From NCBI GenBank assembly GCA_964291265.2, contig OZ219747.1, positions 1,792,001 to 1,856,000 on the forward strand: DNA of 64,000 nucleotides, given 5' to 3'. The stretch is from Alphaproteobacteria bacterium. Lineage in GTDB: Bacteria; Pseudomonadota; Alphaproteobacteria; SP197. A program made the position numbers and the translations under genes. How positions within the stretch are numbered: position 1 is the stretch's first letter; each line of letters opens with the position of its first letter. Below, piece after piece: positions 40,032 through 49,772 of the stretch. A model generated the notes under the pieces. The model saw only the letters and a program-made list of their open reading frames with translations, was not told where the DNA came from and made no database searches.

Positions 40032-42530
40032 TCAGGCGGCCTCCATCAGAGCATCGATATGCGCGGCGGTCCGCCTGGCCGTTTCCATCGCCAATACCTG
40101 AAGTTCGTCGATACTGCCGGCATCGCAGGCGCGTGCGATCATCGCCCGGCAGGAGTCATCGAGACCGCTCTCTTCCAGGTCGCCGTCGACCACCAGAGGG
40201 CGGACACCGTCCAGATTCAGCCACAACCGCGCCGCATCGACCAGGTCATCCGCCACGCTCGTGTCGACTGCCTTGAGCTCACCCGCCGCCTTGAAGACCT
40301 CGGAGACCCCCTCGGCCTTCAGAATCGGGGGATGCTCTTCGGCGGAGCGCAGGCGCAGCAGCAGGGTGGCCAGCAGGATGTCCGCGAGACCGCCGGGTCC
40401 GTTCAGGATGGAGGATAGTGACGGGTCGCCGGCTCCGGGCTGCGGGCGCTGGCCGGGGAGTTCGTGTACTGCGGCGTCCGCATGACGCATCAGGACGGTT
40501 CGCCTTGCACGGTGGAAGTGCCGCTCGAGTCCTGCCGCGCCTTCTCCCGTGACATGGACAAGCCGCGCGGACGCGACCTCCGCCAGGGTATCGGCGTCGC
40601 GCTTCTCGCCGGCCAGCGCCTCCAGCTGGGCACCGGCGTTGCCCCGCTGTCCGCATGGCGGGCGCATCGCGACCGATCGAAGAAGCAGGCTCTCCTCCGC
40701 CAGGTCGGCGAGAAGCGCGTTGAGCTTCCCGCACATCGCTGCGGCATGGTCATCCGGCGCGAACCTGCCATCTCCAGGCTCCGTTCCTTCGTAGAGGAGA
40801 AGGAGCTCGACATCCGACCTCATCGTCATGCGGCGGTCGCCGAGCCTGCCGAGCGCCGCGATGGCAACCCCGCTGGCGGCGACCGGGCCGTAGCGGCTCT
40901 TGAGGTCGTCGAGGACACTTCTTGCGACTGCAGAGATGGCCACCTCCGCCATGTTGGAAAGCGGCAGTCCGGCATCGACGGGGAGGATGTCCCCCCGCAT
41001 GGTTCTGACCCCCGCCTGAAACGCACAGGCGTTGCTCCAGAACTGCACGGACTCGACGACATCCTCGCTGGTTTCGACGCCGGAGAGGGCGAGTTCCGCG
41101 GTCATCTCCTCGCGGCCGAACTCGCGGGTATAGTATAGCCGCAGGAGGCCGCGCTGAGCGGCCAGCGCCACGTCGGGCTCCAGTCCGATGTTCTCCGGAA
41201 TGATCAGTTGCTGGAACTCCCGGCCTTCTATTCCATCGAGCAGGAGGGGCCGCCTTTCCATCCAGTCAGCAAGTCGGGGAGTGCTGCGAAACGTCTCGGC
41301 GATGACCGGGAGCGAAGCCGGCCGTTCCCGGTATGCACGGCTGCAAAGGGCACGCCAGTCCTCGCTGCCCATGTTCGGATAGAATCTGCTCCGCCATTCG
41401 TCGATCAGCGGGTCCATCTTCCGGAACCAGGCGGAAGGACGATGCGCAAGAAGGGCCATCGCCCGGTAGTCCGCCGGAAACCGTGGAGCGACTTCCTCGG
41501 GGTAGTCCTGCAGCAGCGGGTACGGTCGCGCCGGATGCTGGTGATGGTCGGAATGACGCTGGCTGCAAAACAGGAGGTAATCCATCGAATCGGAAAAACT
41601 CCAGGAATGGTGAGGTCTGACCTGTTCGTACCGCCCGTTCGGCAACCGGCAGCGTTGCAGCCCGTAGTGCTGCATGTAGTCGAGGACGCGCACCGTGTAC
41701 ATGCCGTGCAGAGCCTGGAGCACCCAGACGGCGAGACCCAGCCACCCGGCGATCGTCAGTGAGAGGCCGATCCAAAGGGCCAGTTTGGCCGCCCAGCGCC
41801 AACAGGGATTCGACAGGTGCCAGACCGGAAGGCCGCGGCGGGCCAGGCGTCCGCATTGAAGGCGCGCCGCCTCGACATAGCTGATCAGGCTGGTCTTGAG
41901 AAAGAAGTCGTGGAAGCTCTGTCCTTGCGCCGGGCGCGTGTAGTCCAGCGGCGTGGCCACATGGGGATGATGGACATAGAGATGTTCTGTGTACCAGTGC
42001 GGCATCGCTATCACGCTCATCAGAACGTCGCCCAGACGCCGCGTCCACTTGTCGCGCCGGTGCAGCATCTCATGGCCGACGCTGACACAAAAGACGGAGA
42101 CCTGGACCAGGATGGCAACCAAAGCGATCCGCTCGTAGACGGTCAGGCTCGGCGAGTTGGCGACCGACCAGATCGTCAGGATGACCACCGACGGATAGGA
42201 GAGCATCCACGCCCACAAGACAGCCGTGTGCCAGAACAGCCGCGAGCGCGGCGTGTGCGTGTCGAGCACCGGGACGCCGCGCTTCACCAGCAGGCCGGTG
42301 AGCGTCATGTACGGCAGCAGGGGAAGCACGACCCAGGGAATGACCCAGGGGATGAACTCGGGCACCGCGTCGAGGGCCATTGCCGCCAGGACCGGCACGA
42401 TGAGCAGCGACCATGCGAACGGAAGAGCGCCGAAGAAGCCGACACTCCTTGCACCGGGACCGTTCAGGGCCGGCGTCCGGACCGTGCGTTCGCCTGACTG
42501 CGATGCAGTCACCGGCAGGCCATGCCCCAT
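40032..42530 (-). CDS. AlkB-type membrane di-iron hydroxylase fused to a GlnE adenylyltransferase-like C-terminal domain
   Basis: His boxes HEMLH, EHLYVHH, QHYGL, QRHSDHH; then PRLADWMERRPLLLD, LSNMAE, LGRLGDRRMTMRSDVELLLLY, GPGGLADI; one continuous frame; start uncertain (42530 or 42572). Confidence 0.85.
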   Translation of the reverse strand: MGHGLPVTASQSGERTVRTPALNGPGARSVGFFGALPFAWSLLIVPVLAAMALDAVPEFIPWVIPWVVLPLLPYMTLTGLLVKRGVPVLDTHTPRSRLFWHTAVLWAWMLSYPSVVILTIWSVANSPSLTVYERIALVAILVQVSVFCVSVGHEMLHRRDKWTRRLGDVLMSVIAMPHWYTEHLYVHHPHVATPLDYTRPAQGQSFHDFFLKTSLISYVEAARLQCGRLARRGLPVWHLSNPCWRWAAKLALWIGLSLTIAGWLGLAVWVLQALHGMYTVRVLDYMQHYGLQRCRLPNGRYEQVRPHHSWSFSDSMDYLLFCSQRHSDHHQHPARPYPLLQDYPEEVAPRFPADYRAMALLAHRPSAWFRKMDPLIDEWRSRFYPNMGSEDWRALCSRAYRERPASLPVIAETFRSTPRLADWMERRPLLLDGIEGREFQQLIIPENIGLEPDVALAAQRGLLRLYYTREFGREEMTAELALSGVETSEDVVESVQFWSNACAFQAGVRTMRGDILPVDAGLPLSNMAEVAISAVARSVLDDLKSRYGPVAASGVAIAALGRLGDRRMTMRSDVELLLLYEGTEPGDGRFAPDDHAAAMCGKLNALLADLAEESLLLRSVAMRPPCGQRGNAGAQLEALAGEKRDADTLAEVASARLVHVTGEGAAGLERHFHRARRTVLMRHADAAVHELPGQRPQPGAGDPSLSSILNGPGGLADILLATLLLRLRSAEEHPPILKAEGVSEVFKAAGELKAVDTSVADDLVDAARLWLNLDGVRPLVVDGDLEESGLDDSCRAMIARACDAGSIDELQVLAMETARRTAAHIDALMEAA

Positions 42531-42619
42531 GTCCTGGGCTGCCGCCCGTGCCGGCGGCACGGCTTCAAGCATCCCGACCCCGGCCAGGGTTGGCCCGGCA
42601 GTGCGCAGGCAGGACGCAT

Positions 42620-43330
42620 GTCAGCTCCGGGACAGACGGTGCGCGAATCGCCAGGATGCTCGATCAGTGGCAGCCGCCGACGACGGATGGCACACAAGGA
42701 AGGACGGGAAGAGCGGAACATGGCAGAGCGTTGCCGTGCCGGAAGCCGGTTCGCCCAGCCAACCGAATGCCGCAGGAAAGGTGCGCCGTCCTGTCTGACC
42801 TTGACGGGCGTCCAGCCAGGCGCTTCGTGGTCGGGATTCGGGATGCGCCTGGTGCGCGTCTGCACTGCGTTCCCGGCCGTGTCGAGCGACAGTTCGGCAT
42901 CGTCGTCAGGCGTGAGGAACACCCGCAGGACAAGGGCCGGTGAACTCCGAGTTCCCGACGCATTGGATCGGACCGTCATCCGTGCCCGCCTTCTTGCCGA
43001 GCGGATCGTTCGATCCGCGAACGCGCTCAACCTCAAGACGATACCATGAACCGGAGCGAAAACGCGCATTGGCCTCACTCGCAAGTGAATCGGACCAATC
43101 GAACCGCATGAGGATGCCCGAACAGACCTGCCGACGTCAAGGCGCGGTGCATCCTCCACGTGTTGGCGTATCCTGCACGTGGATGCGGCGGAAGTCCACG
43201 ACCGCCGCGAGTTCGTCATTGAGGGAGCGGATGCTCGGGGTCGCCGGGCGGACCACGTCACGGCGCAGCAGCAGGGGGCTTGACACCGGGCGTCGGACGT
43301 CACGCCTGAGCGGCATGACGAAGACCTGCC
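42620..43330 (-). pseudogene. highly degraded IS1182-like transposase remnant
   Basis: Fragments QVFVMP..., RSLNDELAAVVDFRRIH and RRRRLPLIEHP in different frames. Confidence 0.4.
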
Positions 43331-43692
43331 CGGGTTGCCGTGGGGATCGTGTCGCGCCCGCCGGTACGGGAGTATCTCTTGGTTGAGCCCGGCGCCCGCC
43401 TGGCGTCCGCCTTGCAAGGTTCAGGTGTCCCGGGATCGGCGAGGGCCGCAAGCCCGGTGTTGCTGGCGATCGGATGATACCGCTGGAACTGCTGTCGAGG
43501 CTTCCAGCCGATCCAGCCGTCGCGCGTCCTGCACTTGAGGGCGCCGTTCTGCCACCAACCGGAATCAAGAGCGAGAAACCCCGGGCCAATTGTGTCGGAA
43601 GCGCTCATGGATTAGTATGGTGGGGTGTCATGCAACATGGGTGTCACGAATACTCCTGACAGTGCTTGCGCAGTGAAATCAGTCGGGCGTCA

Positions 43693-44961
43693 ATGAGCTC
43701 CTTCGACATAGAGTGGATCCTGAAGTCCCTCGCCGTCCATGTCATGACGGCTCGCGATCGCCGGAGATACGGCTTTCGCTACAATCCGCTCTCAATGCGG
43801 ACGATCCAGGATCCTTATCCGGTCTACGACCGCATCAGGCAGACGGCCCGGGCATTTGTCGCGCGAGGGCTGCATGACAACACGATTCTCACCCACCATG
43901 CCGACGTCCGCGCCTTCTCCAGCCAGGACAGGCTGTTGTCTCACGACCCCAGCAAGTTCGGGCTGAAAGACAGCAGGGTCTCCGATCCCGACAACAAGAG
44001 CCTGCTCAACCTCGACCCACCCGAGCACACACGCCTGCGCAAGCTCGTCGCCAGGGCATTCACGCCACGGACCATAGCGGCGCTGGAGCCCGAAATCCGC
44101 CGCACTGCACACGGCCTTCTGGATGGGATCGACGATCCTTCGAGCTTCGATTTCGTCCGCGCCTTCGCGCTTCCTCTGCCGATTCACACGATCGCGATCA
44201 TGCTCGGGGTCCCCAGGGACGACTACGCGAGATTCACCGCCTGGACGCTCGCCCGCGCACGGTTTGTCGAACCCATGCTCAGTTCCCGCGAGCGCCGAGC
44301 CGCGGATCGGGCGGGGCAGGAACTGTTCGACTATTTCCAGCCCATCGTCCGCGACCGGAAGGCCAATCCGCAGGCGGACATCGTCACCGAACTGGCGCGG
44401 GCCGAAGAGGAAGGTGACAAACTGACCGAGCGCGAAGTTCTCAGCCTGTTGCGCCAGCTGCTGGTGGCGGGCAGCGAGACCACCGTCAGTCTCCTCGGCA
44501 ACGGACTGCTCGCGCTCCTGCAACACCCTGAGCAGCAGGAGCAGCTTGGCAGCAATCTCGACCTGGTTCCGGGAGCGGTCGAGGAAATGCTGCGCTATGA
44601 CGCTCCGGTGCAGTTGTCGATGCGCATGGCCTACCAGGACTGCACGATCAACGGACTGCACGTGAAGGCCCGGCAGAGATTTCTCGTCATGCTGGGCGCT
44701 GCCAACCGCGACCCCGCCGCGTTTCCCGAGCCGGAGCGTTTCGATATCCATCGCAAGATGGACGCAGGAATCATGTCATTCGGAGGCGGCATGCACCATT
44801 GCCTGGGCGCGGCACTGGCTCGCATGGAAGCACGCATCGCGTTCGAGGTGCTCTATGAGAGATTCAGCGGCTTTCGGCTTCTCACGGACCGTCCGAAGTA
44901 CAGGCGAGGCCTCAACCTGAGGAGTCTGGAATCGCTCCCGGTCCGGGCGATTCCTGCATGA
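43693..44961 (+). CDS. cytochrome P450
   Basis: DPPEHTRLR, AGSETT, EEMLR, FGGGMHHCLG. Confidence 0.95.
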   Translation: MSSFDIEWILKSLAVHVMTARDRRRYGFRYNPLSMRTIQDPYPVYDRIRQTARAFVARGLHDNTILTHHADVRAFSSQDRLLSHDPSKFGLKDSRVSDPDNKSLLNLDPPEHTRLRKLVARAFTPRTIAALEPEIRRTAHGLLDGIDDPSSFDFVRAFALPLPIHTIAIMLGVPRDDYARFTAWTLARARFVEPMLSSRERRAADRAGQELFDYFQPIVRDRKANPQADIVTELARAEEEGDKLTEREVLSLLRQLLVAGSETTVSLLGNGLLALLQHPEQQEQLGSNLDLVPGAVEEMLRYDAPVQLSMRMAYQDCTINGLHVKARQRFLVMLGAANRDPAAFPEPERFDIHRKMDAGIMSFGGGMHHCLGAALARMEARIAFEVLYERFSGFRLLTDRPKYRRGLNLRSLESLPVRAIPA

Positions 44962-45071
44962 TCCGGCGAGCGGGGTCGTCAGGCACGGACCCGCCGGCAG
45001 CAACCCTGTCGTGAACCCGCTGCTCATGAAGGGCCGGCCGGGACGGCGAGCATGCGAGAGTTGTTGTCCCG

Positions 45072-46118
45072 ATGGCTGAAGATGCCGGACACGCGTCGCC
45101 GGTATTCGTATTGAACTCCGGGCGCTGCGGATCGACCATGTTGTCGAACATTCTGAACTCCCACCCCGGCATTCTCAGCCTGTCCGAGTTCTTCGCGTTC
45201 CACGGCACGGCCATGTTTCGCCGCCGCCGACTGACGGGAGACCGCATGTGGGACACCCTCAGCCGGCAATCGGGGTGGACCCGCTTCATGTTGAGAGGGC
45301 GGATCGACGAGATCCTGTATCCGCTGGACGCTCCGCAGAGCCGCTATTCGCACGTGGATGTGCCTCCCATCCTGTGCACGACGCTTCCGCACATCACGAA
45401 CCGCTGCGAAGAACTCTTCGACGAAATGGAGCCGGTCGTCCGGGGCCTGCCCCGCCGGACGACCGAGGAGCAGCTGCGCGCCGTGTTCGATTGGCTGCGC
45501 CAACGGACCGGCGCCAGGGTCTGGGTCGAGCGTTCCGGTGGCTCTGCAACCTACGCAGGCACCCTGCTCAACCGGTTCCCGGATGCCCGGATCGTGCACC
45601 TCTTCCGTGACGGGCGCGAAACCGCCCTCTCGATGATGGACCACGCCAGCTTCCGCAACGCCATGGTCTATCTCCTCGCCCTGCGCAAACGCGGCTACGA
45701 CCCGCTGAAGCGTAAGGCGTGGAACAGCCCATTCTGGGATATGGTCTCGCTGAATCTGGATCCTGTGATCTATGTGCTTCTCCTGCCGAAACCGGTTCCC
45801 TGCGACCAGTTGAGGCTGACCGATTTTGGAACGATGTGGAGCGATCTGGTCGTCCGCTCGCTCGACGTCATCGACCGTCTGCCTGCCGAGAGGGTGCTGA
45901 ACCTCTCCCTCGAGAATGTCGTGACGCAGCCCGAGAGGGAATTGAGACGACTCATTCGCTTCATCGATCCAGGGCTGGAAGACGACGAGTGGGTCGCCGA
46001 GGCAGCGAAGAGACCGCGGCAGGAACGCTCCGCAGCAGGGGACCTGGATCCGGCGGAGCGCGAGGCGCTGACCCAGGCGTGCCGTCCCGGCCTCGAACGC
46101 CTCGGCTATGACGTCTAG
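45072..46118 (+). CDS. PAPS-dependent sulfotransferase
   Basis: 5'-PSB GRCGSTML and 3'-PB HLFRDGRETALS. Confidence 0.88.
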   Translation: MAEDAGHASPVFVLNSGRCGSTMLSNILNSHPGILSLSEFFAFHGTAMFRRRRLTGDRMWDTLSRQSGWTRFMLRGRIDEILYPLDAPQSRYSHVDVPPILCTTLPHITNRCEELFDEMEPVVRGLPRRTTEEQLRAVFDWLRQRTGARVWVERSGGSATYAGTLLNRFPDARIVHLFRDGRETALSMMDHASFRNAMVYLLALRKRGYDPLKRKAWNSPFWDMVSLNLDPVIYVLLLPKPVPCDQLRLTDFGTMWSDLVVRSLDVIDRLPAERVLNLSLENVVTQPERELRRLIRFIDPGLEDDEWVAEAAKRPRQERSAAGDLDPAEREALTQACRPGLERLGYDV

Positions 46119-46169
46119 GTGGACGTGCGAAAGACGCACCATGTCGTCAAGCCTGGTGGTGGGCCGGTC

Positions 46170-46299
46170 CTTGTCGAGAGGCGATGTCGCGCTCTGGGAC
46201 AACCGCTTTACCTTGTACTGCGCCGCCTTTGACCATGGTCACCACGACCGGATCATGCATCGTGTGACGCTGAAAGGGTCACGTCCTTTCGCTGCCTGA
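46170..46299 (+). pseudogene. TauD/TfdA dioxygenase C-terminal fragment
   Basis: GDVALWDNRFT......RIMHRVTLKG. Confidence 0.75.
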
Positions 46300-47129
46300 C
46301 GCCGACGAGCCCGGGCCTGGCGGCAGCGGGTCGCCGCTGGCCTCCAGGGTGCCCTCGGCGTCGCGCTGTTCGTCTCCCGTCAACGCCGGGCAGAAGACGG
46401 ACAGGGGGTGAAGATCGCTTCGGGCATGCATGCTGTGGCGGTCTTCGGGGCCGACGCAGTACATCATTCCCGGTTCCATGCTCCAGGTTTCCCCGGAGCC
46501 AAGGTCCTTCACCTCTCGCGTGCCGTCGAGAACGTAGTTTGCCTCCCGGTGGTGCCTGTACCACAGGATGTTGCGATTGCCCGCCGCGAGGCGGACGTCA
46601 CTGAGGGAGAACCCGACACGGTCCTCACGCAAGAGCATGCGCACCGTCGTTGCGCTGCCGCTGGCGACGACGAGCTGGCGTCCCTGGCCAACGAGTTCGT
46701 CGACGGTCCTCACGAACATGCACTCCCGGCCTTCGGGAACGGGGCCGGTCGGCGGATAGGCACCGTCGCTGTCGTGAGATTCGTCTCCGGCAAGGGGCGG
46801 ATTGAAGACGCTGACGACATGGAGCGCATCGTCGACGACGAGGCGCCGGTCGGTCGGTCCAACCGTATAGAGGGTGCCCGGAGCCAGCCGCCAGCTCCGG
46901 TCCCGTTCAAGGTCTCGCACCGTGCCCGTGCCGGCGACAACGTAGTTCGCTTCCCAGTGATTCCTGTACCACAGGACGCCGGACGTGCCGTCGGCGAGGC
47001 GTACGTCCGACATGGTGAAACCCATGCCGTCGAGGATGGTGAGAAACCGTGTCGAGCGGACCCTGCCGTCGCTCAGGACCTTTTTTCGGCGCCGACGCGG
47101 CGCCGTTCGTCAAGGGTGCGGATGAACAT
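46279..47129 (-). pseudogene. tandem (two-domain) ectoine-synthase EctC-like cupin, frameshifted near the 5' end
   Basis: Two units MF(I/V)RT..., GF...., WY.(N/H)H.EANYV, VF(N/C)P.L.GDE....G; GAGGAGG RBS; frameshift at or near the A6 tract 47081-47086. Confidence 0.78.
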
Positions 47130-47139
47130 GTCAGCCTCC

Positions 47140-48303
47140 TCACGAGGAAACGGGTTCGTCCGGCAGGGCGTTGCTGCCGGTGATGCGGCGGGCGAGATAC
47201 TGGCAGAACTCGAAGTTGGGACGTTCCAGATAACTCAGGTGTCCGGGGCGTGCCAGGCCGGACCTGGCGCCGTTGAACACGGCTTCGGTTCCCAACCGAT
47301 CCTCCTCGTTGACGGCATCGAGAATCCTCTTGGTCTCGGCGATGTGTTCGGCTCCCAGCGGATCGTTGATGAAATCGGGCGCCATGCCGCCGCCGTAGAG
47401 AATCCTCACCCTGCCGGCGCCTTCCGGCTGCAGTGACAGATACCAGAAGTACCCCGGAGTCAGGGTGATCATGTGGCTGGGGTAGATGGTGATCAGCGCC
47501 GTGGTCCTGCGCCACTCGCCCTCAAGATAGGTGCAGTCGGGATGGGCGTTGGCAAGGGGGAAGTCGGATTCCTTGGTGATCCAGTGATAGTTGAACACCG
47601 CGCCTCCCGCCGGCATTTCCATCTCTCCGACTTTTGACCGGTTGCCGATGGTGCCGCGGTGGAGCTGGAAGAGGTGATAGCTCTCCATGAAGTTCTCGGC
47701 CAGAATCTTCCAGTTGGTCTCCCAGACATGCTCTTCGCGGAAGGTCTCGATGTAGTCGGCGAAGCGGTAGCGTCCCGTGACGATTTCCCCCACCGGCCGA
47801 AACAGGACTTCCGGCGGCGGAATGTCGGGATCGAGCGTGACGTAGATCCAGCCATCCCAGACATCGCAGCGTACGCGGGCAAGGCAGTAGTCGCGCTTGT
47901 CGAAGGCCGGGCTTGCATCCATCCACGGGGCATGGCGCAGGCGGCCGTCGAGGCCGTAGGACCAGGCATGGTAGGGGCAGGTAATGACCTTGCGGTTGCC
48001 GCGTCCGGCAAGGAGCAGGCTCATCCGGTGCAGGCAGACGTTGGAGAAGGCCCTGACCTCTCCGGCATGGTCGCGCACGATGAAGATCGGCTCGTCGACG
48101 AGCCTGAAGGTGAGAAAGTCGCCCCTTTCCGGAATGGCATCGGCCCGGCCGGCACAGATCCATTCCCTGGAGAACACCCGCTCCCTTTCCAGGGCCAGGA
48201 ACGCCTCGCTGGAATAGATGCCGGGAGGTGCGGCCCGCGCTTCGGCGAAGGAACGTTCCGCGTTGGTCTTCAGTTCGCCAAGGAGTGTCGCGATTGCCGC
48301 CAT
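47140..48303 (-). CDS. Rieske non-heme iron oxygenase alpha subunit (choline/betaine-type)
   Basis: NVCLHR...CPYHAWSY Rieske motif; NWKILAENFMESYHL...H; EED. Confidence 0.92.
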   Translation of the reverse strand: MAAIATLLGELKTNAERSFAEARAAPPGIYSSEAFLALERERVFSREWICAGRADAIPERGDFLTFRLVDEPIFIVRDHAGEVRAFSNVCLHRMSLLLAGRGNRKVITCPYHAWSYGLDGRLRHAPWMDASPAFDKRDYCLARVRCDVWDGWIYVTLDPDIPPPEVLFRPVGEIVTGRYRFADYIETFREEHVWETNWKILAENFMESYHLFQLHRGTIGNRSKVGEMEMPAGGAVFNYHWITKESDFPLANAHPDCTYLEGEWRRTTALITIYPSHMITLTPGYFWYLSLQPEGAGRVRILYGGGMAPDFINDPLGAEHIAETKRILDAVNEEDRLGTEAVFNGARSGLARPGHLSYLERPNFEFCQYLARRITGSNALPDEPVSS

Positions 48304-48639
48304 CTGATGAGAAACAGTGCCGTTGTCCCCAGGCATCATTGCCAAATCGCAGTGACTGGACAACCACGCGCTGTGCGATGGGCCTGCCCACTCGGCTCTC
48401 ATGGCTCCGGGCGGCCAGCCTGATGAGGGGGGCCTCGACATGGAGAGGACAAGGTCTCTCACCACTGCGCCTGGCTTTGCGAGTCCGCGGAGATTCCCAC
48501 GGGCCGGGAGATCGCTCGCGAACTGATCCATGAGTTGTGCGAGAGCGGCGCAGTTTCCATGATCGAAGGCGTCCGTGTGACCGGAACGCGCCCGGGGGAA
48601 CTCCGGTGAACGTCTGTCCGCAGACTGATGACGAGTGCC

Positions 48640-49160
48640 GGATTTCCGTGAACAGGATGTTGCGCACCTGCCCGGTTTCGCCGATTCGCAGACAGCGGGG
48701 GATTTCTCGAAGCGGCATGGCGCCGCGCGGAAACGCCAGGCGAGGCAGGTTGCGATATGAGCGACGGTGGCTGCCTTCCCTACCGACCGGAACCTCCATG
48801 AAAGCGAGGACGCGTTTCGCGCCTTCGCGACCTTGATCGCAGAACAGGCCGGGAAGGTCCTCGGCGTCGACCGGGTCCGCCCCCGTTCGATCGGATCTTC
48901 GTCCGCGGGCCCATGACGACGATCGACCACTCTTGGCACCAGGACACCGCCTGCCGCTTGATCTGACCCAGCCTGACCGACTGTACGCCCGGCAGCAGTG
49001 CATTCGAGTTCGTCAGGGGAACCGATCGCTCATCGATCTCCATTCTCGGTCCATGTTCGGCGACGGCAACGACGTTACCGGGGCCGTGCCCGATGACCCG
49101 GAACGGGACGGGGTGCCGCTCTGCCACCTGTTGAGGACTGTCCACTTACGGGCGGCCTGC
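48640..49160 (+). pseudogene. degraded PhyH (phytanoyl-CoA dioxygenase)-family gene
   Basis: Plus-strand fragments NLHESEDAFRAFA..IAEQAGKVLG and FDRIFVRGP...SWHQD...SLTDCTPGSSAFEFVRG, with stop and frameshifts. Confidence 0.55.
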
Positions 49161-49250
49161 ACGTCGGGGATGTGGTCGCCGGCGAGGCGTCGTTCTGTTG
49201 CTGCGCATCTGCGGTTCTTTCGGCGCGGGCATCAGCGATTGACGGGTGCG

Positions 49251-49766
49251 CTAACTGGTACCTCTGTCCTCCGCCAGAACCATGCGGCCGACGGCCCTGT
49301 TGTGCCAGCTTCTTGTGTATGCATCTCTCAGAACCGGGTTGGACCGGTGACCGGCTTCTTCGAGCAATTTTTCCAGGGACACCAGCCGGTCGCGGAATCC
49401 GAGCCGGACCCCGCAGCGCAGGCTGGCACTGTCCGGTCCGCATAGCAGCCAGGCATCGTCCCGATGGATCGCGTGCGCCCAAAGCGAGGCCTCGCCGCGG
49501 TCCAGCGCGATGTCGGGCACCCGCACGCCCAGTTCGGTACGCTGGCGAGCCCCGACGGTGTGAACCGTCTTCAGCGATGCGCGCAACTCCAGGATGTCGA
49601 TCCGCCGCTGCGGCCGTCGGCGCTGAAATCCGGTCTGGGTTTCCGTCACGCAGTCCTCGACGGTTTCGACCGGATAGCCGCCCGTCAGAGCCCGCCACGA
49701 ACCCGTGCGGTGGCATTCGAGAATGACGTTCGTGTCCACCAGCACCGGGCCGTGGTGTCGCGCCAT
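49251..49766 (-). CDS. PIN-domain-like protein (putative toxin)
   Basis: VLVDTNVIL, E in ETQTG, LDRGEAS, LCGPD acidic tetrad. Confidence 0.7.
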   Translation of the reverse strand: MARHHGPVLVDTNVILECHRTGSWRALTGGYPVETVEDCVTETQTGFQRRRPQRRIDILELRASLKTVHTVGARQRTELGVRVPDIALDRGEASLWAHAIHRDDAWLLCGPDSASLRCGVRLGFRDRLVSLEKLLEEAGHRSNPVLRDAYTRSWHNRAVGRMVLAEDRGTS

Positions 49767-49772
49767 CGCCGT

